From a virus, in UHGV virus genome UHGV-0278151: a stretch of DNA of 20,723 nt; one strand, given 5' to 3'. Positions within the stretch are counted from its first letter, which is position 1. Each line of letters opens with the position of its first letter. Shown here in pieces: positions 1 through 13,648 of this stretch. The notes below the pieces were generated by a model. The model was not told the origin of the DNA, did no database searches, and saw only the letters and a program-made list of their open reading frames with translations. A program made the position numbers and the translations under genes.

Positions 1-2
1 CC

Positions 3-137
3 ACGCCGACGGAAACGGATGGCGCTGTTTTTCCGGGACGTATCATGCTGGCCAACACCTGCACCTGGACCTATCGCGGTGACGAGTGCGGTTATAGCGG
101 TCCGGCTGTCGCGGATGAATATGACCAGCCAACGAGC
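3..137 (+). pseudogene. L: Inverted fragment of tail tip gene L (C-terminal half, about residues 154-198)
   Basis: Plus-strand frame from nt 3 reads TPTETDGAVFPGRIMLANTCTWTYRGDECGYSGPAVADEYDQPTS. I recognise this as the Cys-rich C-terminal part of lambda gpL, but it points the opposite way to the L start at 370. Similarity ends near 137. Confidence 0.8.
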
Positions 138-370
138 GTGGGGCGCGTACTGGTGCCTTTGCCATTCAGTTCAAAACCGCTCCCCTGAATGGGATACGGC
201 TGATACTGTCGCCCCTGCCAGGTGACCGGCTCACCTTTTTCGTTCTGCTCATTACAGAAAAAATAACGTTCTCCACCGACCTCTGTCAGGTCGATTTCCC
301 AGAGCACCACGCTGGCCGACTGCTCCGCACGGGTGCATTCATTCAGTGTTTCCTGCCGGATATCCTGCAT
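92..370 (-). pseudogene. L: Truncated minor tail protein L (about the first 79 of 232 codons, then out-of-context tail)
   Basis: The ORF starts MQDIRQETLNECTRAEQSASVVLWEIDLTEVGGERYFFCNEQNEKGEPVTWQGRQYQPYPIQGSGFELNGKGTSTRPTL, which equals the lambda gpL N-terminus. It then reads VGWSYSSATAGPL*, the antisense of the inverted L fragment. Confidence 0.85.
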
Positions 371-699
371 CAGTTCACCACCTGTTCAAACTCTGCGCTG
401 AACTCAACACGCAGCATACTGACCCGCGACGACCATTTTGCGCAGGTCACCTTTATCTGCCGCCACTCATAAGGCGGCGTCCACAGAAAGGATTTCCAGC
501 CCCCGTGCTCTTCCAGAAACGACTCCAGTACCGTGGCCTCCTCACGGGGGACAGAAAGCGTCACGCTGTACGTTTTCAGGTTGGCATTCAGCCCAGCAGG
601 CGCTCGCTGAGAATAGCCATCACCAAAGCGCACCTTTCTTACAGAAGGGACCGAAGCCACATCCATACCGGGTTTCACTTTCCAGCGGAAGGTCTTCAT
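370..699 (-). CDS. M: Minor tail protein M
   Basis: 109 aa, MKTFRWKVKPGMDVASVPSVRKVRFGDGYSQRAPAGLNANLKTY..., matches lambda gpM end to end. It sits between H and L as in lambda. Confidence 0.95.
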   Translation of the reverse strand: MKTFRWKVKPGMDVASVPSVRKVRFGDGYSQRAPAGLNANLKTYSVTLSVPREEATVLESFLEEHGGWKSFLWTPPYEWRQIKVTCAKWSSRVSMLRVEFSAEFEQVVN

Positions 700-3275
700 C
701 GTCCACCTCCGGAGAACAGGCCACCATCACGCATCTGTGTCTGAATTTCATCACGGGCACCCTTGCGGGCCATGTCATACACCGCCTTCAGAGCAGCCGG
801 ACCTATCTGCCCGTTCGTGCCGTCGTTGTTAATCACCACATGGTTATTCTGCTCAAACGTCCCGGACGCCTGCGACCGGCTGTCTGCCATGCTGCCCGGT
901 GTACCGACATAACCGCCGGTGGCATAGCCGCGCATCAGCCGGTAAAGATTCCCCACGCCAATCCGGCTGGTTGCCTCCTTCGTGAAGACAAATTCACCAC
1001 GGTGAACAATCCCCGCTGGCTCATATTTGCCGCCGGTTCCCGTAAATCCTCCGGTTGCAAAATGGAATTTCGCCGCAGCGGCCTGAATGGCTGTACCGCC
1101 TGACGCGGATGCGCCGCCACCAACAGCCCCGCCAATGGCGCTGCCGATACTCCCGACAATCCCCACCATTGCCTGCTTAAGCAGAATTTCTGTCATCATG
1201 GACAGCACGGAACGGGTGAAGCTGCGCCAGTTCTGCTCACTGCCGGTCAGCATCGCCGCCATATTCTGTGCAATACCATCAAAGGTCTGCGTGGCTGCAC
1301 TTTTTACCTGCGACATACTGTCCGTGGCGCTCTCTTCCCACTCACTCCAGCCGGACTTCAGGCCTGCCATCCAGCTCCCGCGAAGCTGGTCTTCAGCCGC
1401 CCAGGTCTTTTTCTGCTCTGACATGACGTTATTCAGCGCCAGCGGATTATCGCCATACTGTTCCTTCAGGCGCTGTTCCGTGGCTTCCCGTTCTGCCTGC
1501 CGGTCAGTCAGCCCCCGGCTTTTCGCATCAATGGCGGCCCGTTTTGCCCGTTGCTGCTGTGCGAATTTATCCGCCTGCTGCGCCAGCGCGTTCAGGCGCT
1601 CCTGATACGTAACCTTGTCGCCAAGTGCAGCCAGCTGGCGTTTGTACTCCAGCGTCTCATCTTTATGCGCCAGCAGGGATTTCTCCTGTGCAGACAGCTG
1701 GCGACGTTGCGCCGCCTCCTCCAGTACCGCGAACTGGCTCTCCGCCTTCCACAAATCCCGGCGCTGCTGGCTGATTTTCTCATTTGCTCCGGCATGCTTC
1801 TCCAGCGTCCGGAGTTCAGCCTGAAGCGTCAGCAGGGCAGCATGAGCACTGTCTTCCTGACGATCGCCCGCAGACACCTTCACGCCGGACTGTTTCGGCT
1901 TTTTCAGCGTCGCTTCATAATCCTTTTTCGCCGCCGCCATCAGCGTGTTGTAATCCGCCTGCAGGATTTTCCCGTCTTTCAGTGCCTTGTTCAGTTCTTC
2001 CTGACGGGCGGTATATTTCTCCAGCGGCGTCTGCAGCCGTTCGTAAGCCTTCTGCGCCTCTTCGGTATATTTCAGCCGTGATGCCTCAGACTCGGCCCAG
2101 TCCTTTGCTGCCATCTCTCTGGCCTTTTCAAGATCGGCCTGCAACGTGGCGGCTGAAAGCCCAAGTTGCGCATTCGCTCTGTCCTCCCATGCTCCCCGGA
2201 GATTGGCAAGAAATGCTGAGGTTTTACCGCGCCGGTGGCTCCGGCTCTGATACCACTGCCATTTTTTGTCCGCCTCATCAAAAGCCTTTTCTGCTTTCTC
2301 CAGCATTCCCTGGGCAGTGTCCGGGCGACCAATATCCAGCACCGAATCCCACATGGATTTGAATGCCCGTGCTGTCCTGTCTGCCCAGGTCTCCAGCGTG
2401 CCCATGTTCTCTTTCAGGCGGCGGGTCTGGTCATCAAACCCTTTCGTTGCGGCCTCGTTCGCCGCCTGCAATGCCCCGGCTTCATCTCCGGAACGCTGCA
2501 ACTGAGCAACATACGCAATCTGCTCCGCCGTCACGTTATGGAACTGACGTGCCATCGCTGTCAGTCCCGACGTCGGGTCTGTGGTCAGCTTCCCGAAGGC
2601 TTCAGCGACCTTGTCCACCTCCACGCCGGATGCAGAGGAGAAACGCGCCACACTCTGGCTGATCGCCTCAAACTGCTCACCACCACGCACACCGGCATTC
2701 ACCAGCGCCGTCAGTGACTCGCTGGTCTGGTTAAACGTCAGCCCTGCCGCCTGCCCGGCTCTGGACAGGACCAGCATACGATCTGCCGTCAGTCCCGCCT
2801 GATTGCCGGAAAGGACCAGCGTTTTGTTGAAATCGGACAGGGTTGAGTTGCCCTGATACCAGGCATACGCCAGCGCACCGGTCGCCACCGCCAGCGAGGT
2901 GGCCCCCACCATCGGCAGGGTGATCGCACCGGCAAGCCCCCTGAACATGGGGATCATCCCGCCGAAGGAGTCCTTAACCTGACCCCCCTGTTGCAGCAGG
3001 ATCAGCCACGGGCTTTGCCCGCCTGCAAGCTGCGTGGCCACGTCGGTGAACTGTGCAGGCAGCATACGCATGGCGGCTTTATACTGCCCGACGGAAATCC
3101 CCGCTTTCTGTGCAGCCAGCGCCTGTCGGCTCAGCGACTGTTCAACGACTGCCGCTGTTTTTTTCGCATCAGTTTCCGTACCGGAAAAATGACGCCTGAC
3201 TCTGGCCATCTGCTCGTCAAATCTGGCCGCATCCAGACTCAAATCAACGACCAGATCGCCTACCGGTTCAGCCAT
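696..3275 (-). CDS. H: Tail tape measure protein H
   Basis: 859 aa (lambda gpH is 853 aa). The N- and C-terminal thirds are nearly identical to lambda H as I recall it (MAEPVGDLVVDLSLDAARFDEQ... ...QTQMRDGGLFSGGGR). The start overlaps the T stop by 8 nt as in lambda. Confidence 0.95.
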   Translation of the reverse strand: MAEPVGDLVVDLSLDAARFDEQMARVRRHFSGTETDAKKTAAVVEQSLSRQALAAQKAGISVGQYKAAMRMLPAQFTDVATQLAGGQSPWLILLQQGGQVKDSFGGMIPMFRGLAGAITLPMVGATSLAVATGALAYAWYQGNSTLSDFNKTLVLSGNQAGLTADRMLVLSRAGQAAGLTFNQTSESLTALVNAGVRGGEQFEAISQSVARFSSASGVEVDKVAEAFGKLTTDPTSGLTAMARQFHNVTAEQIAYVAQLQRSGDEAGALQAANEAATKGFDDQTRRLKENMGTLETWADRTARAFKSMWDSVLDIGRPDTAQGMLEKAEKAFDEADKKWQWYQSRSHRRGKTSAFLANLRGAWEDRANAQLGLSAATLQADLEKAREMAAKDWAESEASRLKYTEEAQKAYERLQTPLEKYTARQEELNKALKDGKILQADYNTLMAAAKKDYEATLKKPKQSGVKVSAGDRQEDSAHAALLTLQAELRTLEKHAGANEKISQQRRDLWKAESQFAVLEEAAQRRQLSAQEKSLLAHKDETLEYKRQLAALGDKVTYQERLNALAQQADKFAQQQRAKRAAIDAKSRGLTDRQAEREATEQRLKEQYGDNPLALNNVMSEQKKTWAAEDQLRGSWMAGLKSGWSEWEESATDSMSQVKSAATQTFDGIAQNMAAMLTGSEQNWRSFTRSVLSMMTEILLKQAMVGIVGSIGSAIGGAVGGGASASGGTAIQAAAAKFHFATGGFTGTGGKYEPAGIVHRGEFVFTKEATSRIGVGNLYRLMRGYATGGYVGTPGSMADSRSQASGTFEQNNHVVINNDGTNGQIGPAALKAVYDMARKGARDEIQTQMRDGGLFSGGGR

Positions 3276-4106
3276 ACCGGACTCCTCCTGCGATCCCTTC
3301 TGATACTGTCATCAGCATTACGTCATCCTCCGTCATGTCCGCCACATCCGGGGAAGCGGGGATAACTTCATTCCCGTCCGGGCCAAAGCGGACACCTCCG
3401 GCAAGCCCTGCCGCTTTCTGCATCAGCACATCATCTTCAGGCTCTTCGTCAGCCTCGCGCCGGTTCAGCAGACTGAAATCCAGCGGATGCATATCCGGAT
3501 CGCTGAAAAACAGGCTGAGCACGGTGTACGTCAGCCCGGAAAAGTGCATATCCAGCAGAACATCATGAAAATAATGGGTACTGTAAAAGCGGTGCCAGTC
3601 GGCATACTCCGTGGATGACATCCCGGCAAGCATGGCACGCCAGTCGGGTCGCCCCATCTCACGCGCCAGTTTCAGGGCAAAACTCAGCTCACCATCGAAC
3701 ACTTTCCCGCAGAAACAGGCTCTGCAGGCCCGGCGTCCTCTGTCTGTTCAGGAGCATCATTCACCACAAACTCATACATACCGGACAGCCGGTACACCAC
3801 GTTTTCAGCATGAGAAATTGCCTCCGTGGGCCAGGTGGTAAGCACTTCCTGCTCAATCTGTTTAACGGCTTCATTCATGGAAGGCAGCTTTGTCTTCTTC
3901 GGATGGTTATGCCACAGGGACATCGCCACCAGAAACGCGCCGGTTCTGATGGCGTCTTCCACAGTAAACTTCCGGTTGCTGTCTGACTCCGCCTGTTCTG
4001 CCTGCCGTTTCATCAGGGCGAGATGCTCAATTCGCTGCAGGGCTGACAGTTCAGAAAGCGTGACGGTCACACCGTTATGTTCAAATGATTCGGTTTTCAG
4101 GAACAT
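3268..4106 (-). CDS. T: Tail assembly chaperone G-T fusion made by programmed -1 frameshift
   Basis: The T-frame ORF 3268..3702 (…FDGELSFALKLAREMGRPDWRAMLAGMSSTEYADWHRFY...) matches lambda gpT. It is entered from the G frame at G GGA AAG. Confidence 0.9.
3684..4106 (-). CDS. G: Tail assembly chaperone G
   Basis: 140 aa, MFLKTESFEHNGVTVTLSELSALQRIEHLALMKRQAEQAE..., matches lambda gpG and ends just after the slippery heptamer. Confidence 0.95.
   Translation of the reverse strand: MFLKTESFEHNGVTVTLSELSALQRIEHLALMKRQAEQAESDSNRKFTVEDAIRTGAFLVAMSLWHNHPKKTKLPSMNEAVKQIEQEVLTTWPTEAISHAENVVYRLSGMYEFVVNDAPEQTEDAGPAEPVSAGKCSMVS
3702..3708 (-). other. G/T -1 frameshift slippery heptamer GGGAAAG
   Basis: Plus strand ctttccc at 3702-3708 is GGGAAAG on the minus strand. 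The G frame reads GCG GGA AAG TGT; the -1 frame reads GGG AAA GTG TTC GAT GGT GAG, the start of the T sequence. Confidence 0.9.
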
Positions 4107-4121
4107 CGCTGACTCCCCGGA

Positions 4122-4862
4122 TTAACTGGCGGTGACGGTGATTTCTGCAACCGCAGCAAGTTCACCATTACCGGATACGACCGGAATGTTGACCTTGCCT
4201 GCAGCAACACCTTTCACGGTGATGGTCATACCACTGACCGACACGGTGGCTTTTGTTTTATCCGCAGACACCGCACGGAAGCTCTTGTCGGTTGCGCCTT
4301 CCGGCTGGAATGCCACGGTCAGCGTGGTGCTCTGCCCTTTCACCACCGAGGTGCTGGCAGGCGTCACAGTCATGCCGGTTGTCGCCGTCACCGTGCTGCG
4401 ATCTTCTGCCATCGACGGACGGCCCACGTTGGTGACTTTCACCGTGCGGGTGATCACTTCCTTCGCCGTCACCGCCTTACCGATACTGCTGACCCAGCCG
4501 CGGAACACATCGACCGTGCCGTTCGGGAAGCGGATTTTATAGGCTCGGGTATCCCCTTCATTAAACCACGCCAGCAGCGCCTGCTGCCCCTGCTCTCCGG
4601 GCATCCACGCCAGCGTGAAGCTGGTATCTCCGGCAGATTTCTGCCCCTGCCCGGTCGCAGTCCAGTCTGCATCTTCATCATCGAGATAGCTGTCGTCATA
4701 GGACTCAGCGGTCAGTTCGCCGGGCGTCAGGTCTTTAACTTTTGCCAGACGCGACCAGTCAACGTCTGAAAGCGGATTCGCATAAGGGTCACCGCTTCCC
4801 TTATAAACCCACAGGGTGGTCCCGGCACCTTTCACCGGCATTACAGGATTTGGTACAGGCAT
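4122..4862 (-). CDS. V: Major tail protein V (with C-terminal Ig-like domain)
   Basis: From the internal Met, [36 protein letters not shown]... (246 aa) matches lambda gpV. GAGGA lies 6 nt upstream of the ATG at 4862. The 10-codon extension in the track overlaps the U stop and is not lambda-like. Confidence 0.95.
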   Translation of the reverse strand: MPVPNPVMPVKGAGTTLWVYKGSGDPYANPLSDVDWSRLAKVKDLTPGELTAESYDDSYLDDEDADWTATGQGQKSAGDTSFTLAWMPGEQGQQALLAWFNEGDTRAYKIRFPNGTVDVFRGWVSSIGKAVTAKEVITRTVKVTNVGRPSMAEDRSTVTATTGMTVTPASTSVVKGQSTTLTVAFQPEGATDKSFRAVSADKTKATVSVSGMTITVKGVAAGKVNIPVVSGNGELAAVAEITVTAS

Positions 4863-4869
4863 AGCGTCC

Positions 4870-5265
4870 TCACATTTCATAGGTAATGACATAAGTCAGA
4901 TCGGCTGAACTCCACAGGCCCGCATCATCGTCGCGCCGGTAGTCATAGCCGCTGGCCACCATACTGGTGATCAAATCTGACAGTGCCGGGATATCACTCA
5001 TCACCGGATAAATCCGGGACTCCATCCACGCATCCAGCTCTGAATCCGGCACCTGAGCAGGCAGGAAAACTTCAATATGCAGCTCCGCCTGCCATGTATC
5101 GCTGTCCAGCTCTTCGCCCGTGTATTCAGCGCCGGTGAGATAAACGGCAACTGCCGGAAAATCCGCCTCATCAAAAACAGCGGGGCGACCATCAAAAAAC
5201 GTCGCCCCGGTGTCATGCTTCTCCAGTGCATCCAGTACGGCTGCACGGAGTTCAGTATGTTTCAT
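4870..5265 (-). CDS. U: Tail terminator protein U
   Basis: 131 aa, [52 protein letters not shown]..., matches lambda gpU. Confidence 0.95.
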   Translation of the reverse strand: MKHTELRAAVLDALEKHDTGATFFDGRPAVFDEADFPAVAVYLTGAEYTGEELDSDTWQAELHIEVFLPAQVPDSELDAWMESRIYPVMSDIPALSDLITSMVASGYDYRRDDDAGLWSSADLTYVITYEM

Positions 5266-5840
5266 CGCTTTATTACCATTCTCAGTTGATGCTGCAGCGC
5301 ATAGCCCAGCTCTTTCGGAAGACGTTCACGCCGTATCCGTTCAATATTCTGTTTAAACGCCGTGGTCAGCGGCACCGCCATCGGGATTTTCACCACATCA
5401 ATGGGGTAACGGTTTTTCCCGGCCACACGCTGCATGACATGCCACCGGCCATTTTTCAGTTGCTGAATAAACGCGCCGGGAATACGACGGTTTCCCACCA
5501 CAAGCACGCTGCCGCCACCTTTCAGGGATGAACGCTGCCCCTTTTTACGACGTCTGCGGCGGGAAAGGACAACCCGCGCGTTACCCAGCTTGATTACGGG
5601 CAAATCCCCCCGGTTAACCCTGATTCTGGCCTGCGGATTTTTGACCGTGGCCCTTTTCAGCCTGGCCCTTTCCTTTACCAGTTTCCGGCGTACCTTTGTC
5701 TCACGGGCAACCTGTGACGCAGACTGCGATATCGCGGATGACGCAACGCGGTTAATGGCCATTGCGGCGGCACCAGGCACCGCCGTTTTGCTGATACGGC
5801 TGAGGTTTTCAACGGCCTGCTCAAGACCTTTTATGGCCAT
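5262..5840 (-). CDS. Z: Tail completion protein Z
   Basis: 192 aa, MAIKGLEQAVENLSRISKTAVPGAAAMAINRVASSAISQSASQVARETK..., matches lambda gpZ. Confidence 0.95.
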   Translation of the reverse strand: MAIKGLEQAVENLSRISKTAVPGAAAMAINRVASSAISQSASQVARETKVRRKLVKERARLKRATVKNPQARIRVNRGDLPVIKLGNARVVLSRRRRRKKGQRSSLKGGGSVLVVGNRRIPGAFIQQLKNGRWHVMQRVAGKNRYPIDVVKIPMAVPLTTAFKQNIERIRRERLPKELGYALQHQLRMVIKR

Positions 5841-5851
5841 ACATCCCCCTT

Positions 5852-6205
5852 TCAGCGGCGACGGTTAACGGCAGGCGGCACGCCACGCCCAAGCCAGAGA
5901 TGACAGCTTCCGCCATCATCCGGCGAAATCCGGTCCACCCAGAAGTTTTCCTCGCCGATGGTCAGTGTGTCTCCACGCCGCAGCTGCCGCACATCATCAG
6001 TCCGGACAAACAGGGACGGGCTGGAGCCTTCAACGCGCACCCCCTGTCCGGCATAGCTGATATTTTCAGGGTCATCAAAAACACCACGTATCACAGCACC
6101 GGACAGCTCACCGGATGTCATGGTGGCTGACGTTCCCATGTACCCGCGTATCGTTTCATCGGCGCGGGCAATGGCAGCATCGAACAGGTTATCGGAATCA
6201 GCCAC
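5852..6205 (-). CDS. FII: Head-tail joining protein FII
   Basis: 117 aa, MADSDNLFDAAIARADETIRGYMGTSAT...HLWLGRGVPPAVNRRR, matches lambda gpFII. Confidence 0.95.
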   Translation of the reverse strand: MADSDNLFDAAIARADETIRGYMGTSATMTSGELSGAVIRGVFDDPENISYAGQGVRVEGSSPSLFVRTDDVRQLRRGDTLTIGEENFWVDRISPDDGGSCHLWLGRGVPPAVNRRR

Positions 6206-6216
6206 AGCGCCTCCCG

Positions 6217-6612
6217 TTATTGCATTCTGGCCAGGCCATGTTCTGTCATTTCGGCTGCCACACCGGCAGAGACACGAAACGCCGTTCCCGGCAGCACAAA
6301 TGCCACAGGCTCATCCCGCGTGGCGTGAAGTGCATCAGTATGCAGCGTCACCAGTGCCACGACCGTGACCAGAGCAGCCGCATCAGTCACGGTATCCGGC
6401 TGCGCTGATACCACCTCATTTTCATGTCCGGTCAGCGCATTTTCCGGGCTGACAGATGTGTCCTGACCGGCAGCGTCATCCGTGTCATCAAGCTCCTCTT
6501 CCAGCTCTGCCACACGGAGCACCAGTTCTTCTTTCGTCCCCATCAGGCTGACATCACGGTTCAGTTGCTCACCCAGCACCTGAAGACGGGCAATCAGTTC
6601 ATCTTTCGTCAT
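6217..6612 (-). CDS. FI: DNA packaging accessory protein FI
   Basis: From the internal Met, MTKDELIARLQVLGEQLNRDVSL... ...AEMTEHGLARMQ (131 aa) matches lambda gpFI. GGAGGAG lies upstream of the ATG at 6612. Confidence 0.9.
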   Translation of the reverse strand: MTKDELIARLQVLGEQLNRDVSLMGTKEELVLRVAELEEELDDTDDAAGQDTSVSPENALTGHENEVVSAQPDTVTDAAALVTVVALVTLHTDALHATRDEPVAFVLPGTAFRVSAGVAAEMTEHGLARMQ

Positions 6613-6653
6613 GGACTCCTCCACAGAGAGAAAATGGCCCCGAAGGGCCATGA

Positions 6654-7679
6654 TTACGCCAGTTGTACGGACACGAACGCATCAGGATCAGCCAGCAGCA
6701 TCAGCGGTGCTGACTGAATCATGGTGAACTCACGCGCCGGATCGCCGGTGGTCACCCAGTTTTTCGGGTAGCGGGCAGAGGCGTTAATACCTTCGCGCTG
6801 TGCGTCCGCATCCTGAATGCAGCCATAGGTGCGCAGACCGCGTGCCTGAGTGTTCCCCAGCACCATCGTGTTGTCCGGCAGGAAGTTCTTTTTGACGTCG
6901 TTTTCCACGTACTGTCCGGAATACACGACGATCGCCGTATCGCCATACATCCCCTTATAGGACACCGCTTCGCCCAGGTCTTTTACCGCTGTCTCCAGCT
7001 CGGAATGAGAGCCGCGACGGGTATCCAGCTTCTCCTTGACGGCTTTGAAGGAACGGAACAGCGCCCAGCCTTTCGGATCAAACACGATGATATTCACCAC
7101 GCCGCTGGCGTTCAGCGCATAGGCTTCGATATCGTCGGTCGGGTCATACGTGGACTTGTCACGCTTGCTCCACTCCGTACCACCGGACTGTGTGATGTTG
7201 TTCGCCGCACTGCGGCCCATATCCACCTCAACCGGATCGAAGGCTTCACCGGTCATGGTGTATTTGCCCTTAAGCACAGCAGAAACTGCCTGCATCTCTT
7301 CGACCTGAGCAATGGCCAGCTCTTCGTCTCGCATGTTCTGCATGATGATGCGACGGCGGCGGTAAGCCGGGTCCGCCAGATTCTGCGGATCTTCATCCGG
7401 CAGGCGACGCAGGGTCATCTGCGGATTCACCTCATGCTTGGGTTTGACATATCCCGGCGTAAATTCAGAGGTGGAGCCGCCACGGGAACGGATAACCTCA
7501 CCGGAAACAATCGGCGAAACGTACAGCGCCATGTTTACCAGTCCCGGAATTTGTGAGAGATAGACTTTCTCCGTGGTGAAGGGATAGCTCTCACGGAAAA
7601 AGAGACGCAGAAACAGCGGATCAAACTTAAATTTCTGCTCATTTGCCGCCAGCAGCTGGGCGGTTGTGTACATCGACAT
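6654..7679 (-). CDS. E: Major capsid protein E
   Basis: From Met10 of the ORF, MSMYTTAQLLAANEQKFKFDPLFLRLFFRESYPFTTEKVYLSQIPGLVNMALYVSPIVSGE... (341 aa) matches lambda gpE. Confidence 0.95.
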   Translation of the reverse strand: MSMYTTAQLLAANEQKFKFDPLFLRLFFRESYPFTTEKVYLSQIPGLVNMALYVSPIVSGEVIRSRGGSTSEFTPGYVKPKHEVNPQMTLRRLPDEDPQNLADPAYRRRRIIMQNMRDEELAIAQVEEMQAVSAVLKGKYTMTGEAFDPVEVDMGRSAANNITQSGGTEWSKRDKSTYDPTDDIEAYALNASGVVNIIVFDPKGWALFRSFKAVKEKLDTRRGSHSELETAVKDLGEAVSYKGMYGDTAIVVYSGQYVENDVKKNFLPDNTMVLGNTQARGLRTYGCIQDADAQREGINASARYPKNWVTTGDPAREFTMIQSAPLMLLADPDAFVSVQLA

Positions 7680-7734
7680 AAAAAAATCCCGTAAAAAAAG
7701 CCGCACAGGCGGCCTTTAGTGATGAAGGGTAAGG

Positions 7735-8067
7735 TTAAACGATGCTGATTGCCGTTCCGGCAAACGCGGTCCGTTTTTTCGTCTCGTCGCTGGCAGCCTC
7801 CGGCCAGAGCACATCCTCATAACGGAACGTGCCGGACTTGTAGAACGTCAGCGTGGTGCTGGTCTGGTCAGCATCAACCGCAAGAATGCCAACGGCAGTA
7901 CCGTCGGTGGTGCCATCCCACGCAACCAGCTTACGGGTGGAGGTGTCCAGCATCAGCGGGGTCATTGCAGGCGCTTTCGCACTCAATCCGCCGGGCGCGG
8001 TTGCCGTATGTGCCGGGTCACTGTTGCCCAGCGGCTGGTAATGGGTAAAGGTTTCTTTGCTCGTCAT
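7735..8067 (-). CDS. D: Head decoration protein D
   Basis: [43 protein letters not shown]... (110 aa) matches lambda gpD. Confidence 0.95.
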   Translation of the reverse strand: MTSKETFTHYQPLGNSDPAHTATAPGGLSAKAPAMTPLMLDTSTRKLVAWDGTTDGTAVGILAVDADQTSTTLTFYKSGTFRYEDVLWPEAASDETKKRTAFAGTAISIV

Positions 8068-8076
8068 AAACATCCC

Positions 8077-8682
8077 TTACACTGGTGTGTTCAGCAAATC
8101 GTTAACGGCATCAGATGCCGGGTTACCTGCAGCCAGTGGTGCCGGTGCCCCCTGCATCAGACGATCCAGCGCAGTGTCACTGCGCGCCTGTGCACTCTGT
8201 GGTGCAGCTGCCAGAATGCGGCGGGCCGTTTCCACGGTCATACCGGGGGTTTCGGCCAGCACACGTGCCTGTTCTTCGCGTCCGTGAGCTTCCTCACAGT
8301 TGAGGATCCCCATAATGCGGCTGTTTTCTGCCGCAACCGCAGCGGTGATCTGCGCGTTCACGTCCGGCTGCGCCGCGCTGGCGTTTTCGCCCTCCGTCGC
8401 TTGCACCACGTCAGTAACGTCAGCCTGCGAAGCAGTGGCTGAAACAGTTGTTGATTGAGTCTCTTTGGTCATTCGCCCTCCTGAGAGACGGGATTTACGT
8501 GCATCCAGTGCATCACGCATAACGGTGATCGCATCGGTGCTGTTGACAAGTTCATCAGCCAGTCCGGCATCAATGGCCTCCTGACCGCTGTACACTGCAG
8601 CCTCGGTATCCAGCACAGCCTGCACGGACAGGCCGGTATATGCCGACACCTTCTGCGCAAACATCCGGCGGGTTGCATCCAT
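8077..8682 (-). CDS. Nu3: Scaffolding protein Nu3 (in-frame internal start within C)
   Basis: The internal ATG at 8682 gives MDATRRMFAQKVSAYTGLSVQAVLDTEAAVYSGQEAIDAG... (201 aa). This is the same nested arrangement and length as lambda Nu3. Confidence 0.8.
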   Translation of the reverse strand: MDATRRMFAQKVSAYTGLSVQAVLDTEAAVYSGQEAIDAGLADELVNSTDAITVMRDALDARKSRLSGGRMTKETQSTTVSATASQADVTDVVQATEGENASAAQPDVNAQITAAVAAENSRIMGILNCEEAHGREEQARVLAETPGMTVETARRILAAAPQSAQARSDTALDRLMQGAPAPLAAGNPASDAVNDLLNTPV

Positions 8683-9376
8683 CCGGGACTGCAGTGTCTC
8701 CCGGACATCACCCGGTAGATGGCTGTAGGGGTTGCCATCCACCTTATGGCTGCCGCTGTAAATCAGCGTGATTTCCACGCCCTGTTTCTCCAGCGCAGCG
8801 CCGTAATTACTGTGAGCCATCATGACGCCGATGGAGCCTGTCCGGGCGGTCTGCGTGACCAGACGCCGGGAGGCGGCGCTGGCAAGCAGCTGACCTGCAC
8901 TGCAGTTCATGTCGTTGGCCAGCGCCCATACCGGCTTTATGTCACGCACACGGGCGATGATGTCAGCACAGTCAAATGCTCCCGCCACCATCCCGCCCGG
9001 TGTGTCCATATCGAGCAGAATGCCGTCCACCATCGGATCGCTGGCAGCCTGTTGCAGACGGGCGATAATGCCGTTGTAACCGGTCATTCCCGAATACGGC
9101 TGCAGCGCCCGCGTCCGGCTGACCAGCGTACCGGACACCGGCAGCACGGCGATGCCGTTCATGACCTGATAACTGCGGGCCTGTCGTGGTCCGTCATCAT
9201 CACCGGATAACGCCAGCGCCGCGGGTGCCTCTCCGGCAGTCAGGCTGTCGCCGGATACTGCATCCGTCAGGCGACTGATCCCAAGCTGGCCTGCAAGCGC
9301 ACAAAAGAAAACCCGCGCATAGGCGGGTTCAAGCATCAGCGGCTCATTAAAAGCCATGCTGGCAATATGCGGGAGA

Positions 9377-9396
<20 letters not shown>
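8077..9396 (-). CDS. C: Head maturation protease / scaffold C (ClpP/SppA-like S49 protease)
   Basis: (V)TAELRNLPHIASMAFNEPLMLEPAYARVFFCALAGQLGIS... matches lambda gpC (439 aa). The start codon here is GTG at 9396, overlapping the end of B by 20 nt at the lambda position. Confidence 0.9.
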
Positions 9397-13077
<3,681 letters not shown>

Positions 13078-13103
<26 letters not shown>

Positions 13104-13623
13104 TCAGCAACCCCGGTATCAGTTCATCCAGCGCGGCTGCTTTGTTCATGGCTTTGATGATATCCCGTTTCAGGAAATCAATATGCCGGTTATCCAGCTC
13201 AGGAAAACGTCGCTGCACCGACAGAGGAATACCGTCGAGAATACTGGCAATTTCACCTGCGATCCGCGACAGCACGAAAGTACAGAATGCGGTTTCCACC
13301 ACTTCAGCGGAGTCTCTGGCATTTTTCAGCTCCTGGGCGTCAGCCTGCGCACGTGTAAGTCGATGGCGTTCGTACTCAATAGTCCCAGGCTGGAGATCTG
13401 CCTCGCTGGCCGCCCTGTAATCCTCAACCTCTTTACGGAGTTTTTCATTTTCGATATCAGCTTCCCTCTGCGCATACCACTGAATTGCCATGGCGGTATC
13501 AAATACAGATTCAACGCCCTTACCACCTCCGGAGACGCAAGGGAGTCCCTGAGACTGCCAGCGTTCAATCGTTCGCGGATCCACGTTGAAAATTTCGGCA
13601 AGTTTCTTTTTATTAACCTTCAT
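13078..13623 (-). CDS. Nu1: Terminase small subunit Nu1, chimeric (non-lambda N-terminal DNA-binding domain, lambda C-terminal part)
   Basis: [93 protein letters not shown]... (181 aa). The first 78 or so residues are only loosely lambda-like and recall phage 21 gp1. From ASEADLQPG onward it is essentially lambda Nu1. Confidence 0.9.
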
Positions 13624-13648
13624 GAAACAGTCACACAACAAATACAGA

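Noticed and set aside
4863-4892. N-terminal extensions in the ORF track for V (and similarly E 7680-7706, FI 6613-6651, D 8068-8073, Nu1 13624-13641, C 9397-9531, holin 15916-15957, PemK-like 18067-18144)
   Set aside because: The lambda proteins start at the internal Met (or GTG for C), each preceded by a good SD. The extensions overlap upstream genes or terminators and have no homology.
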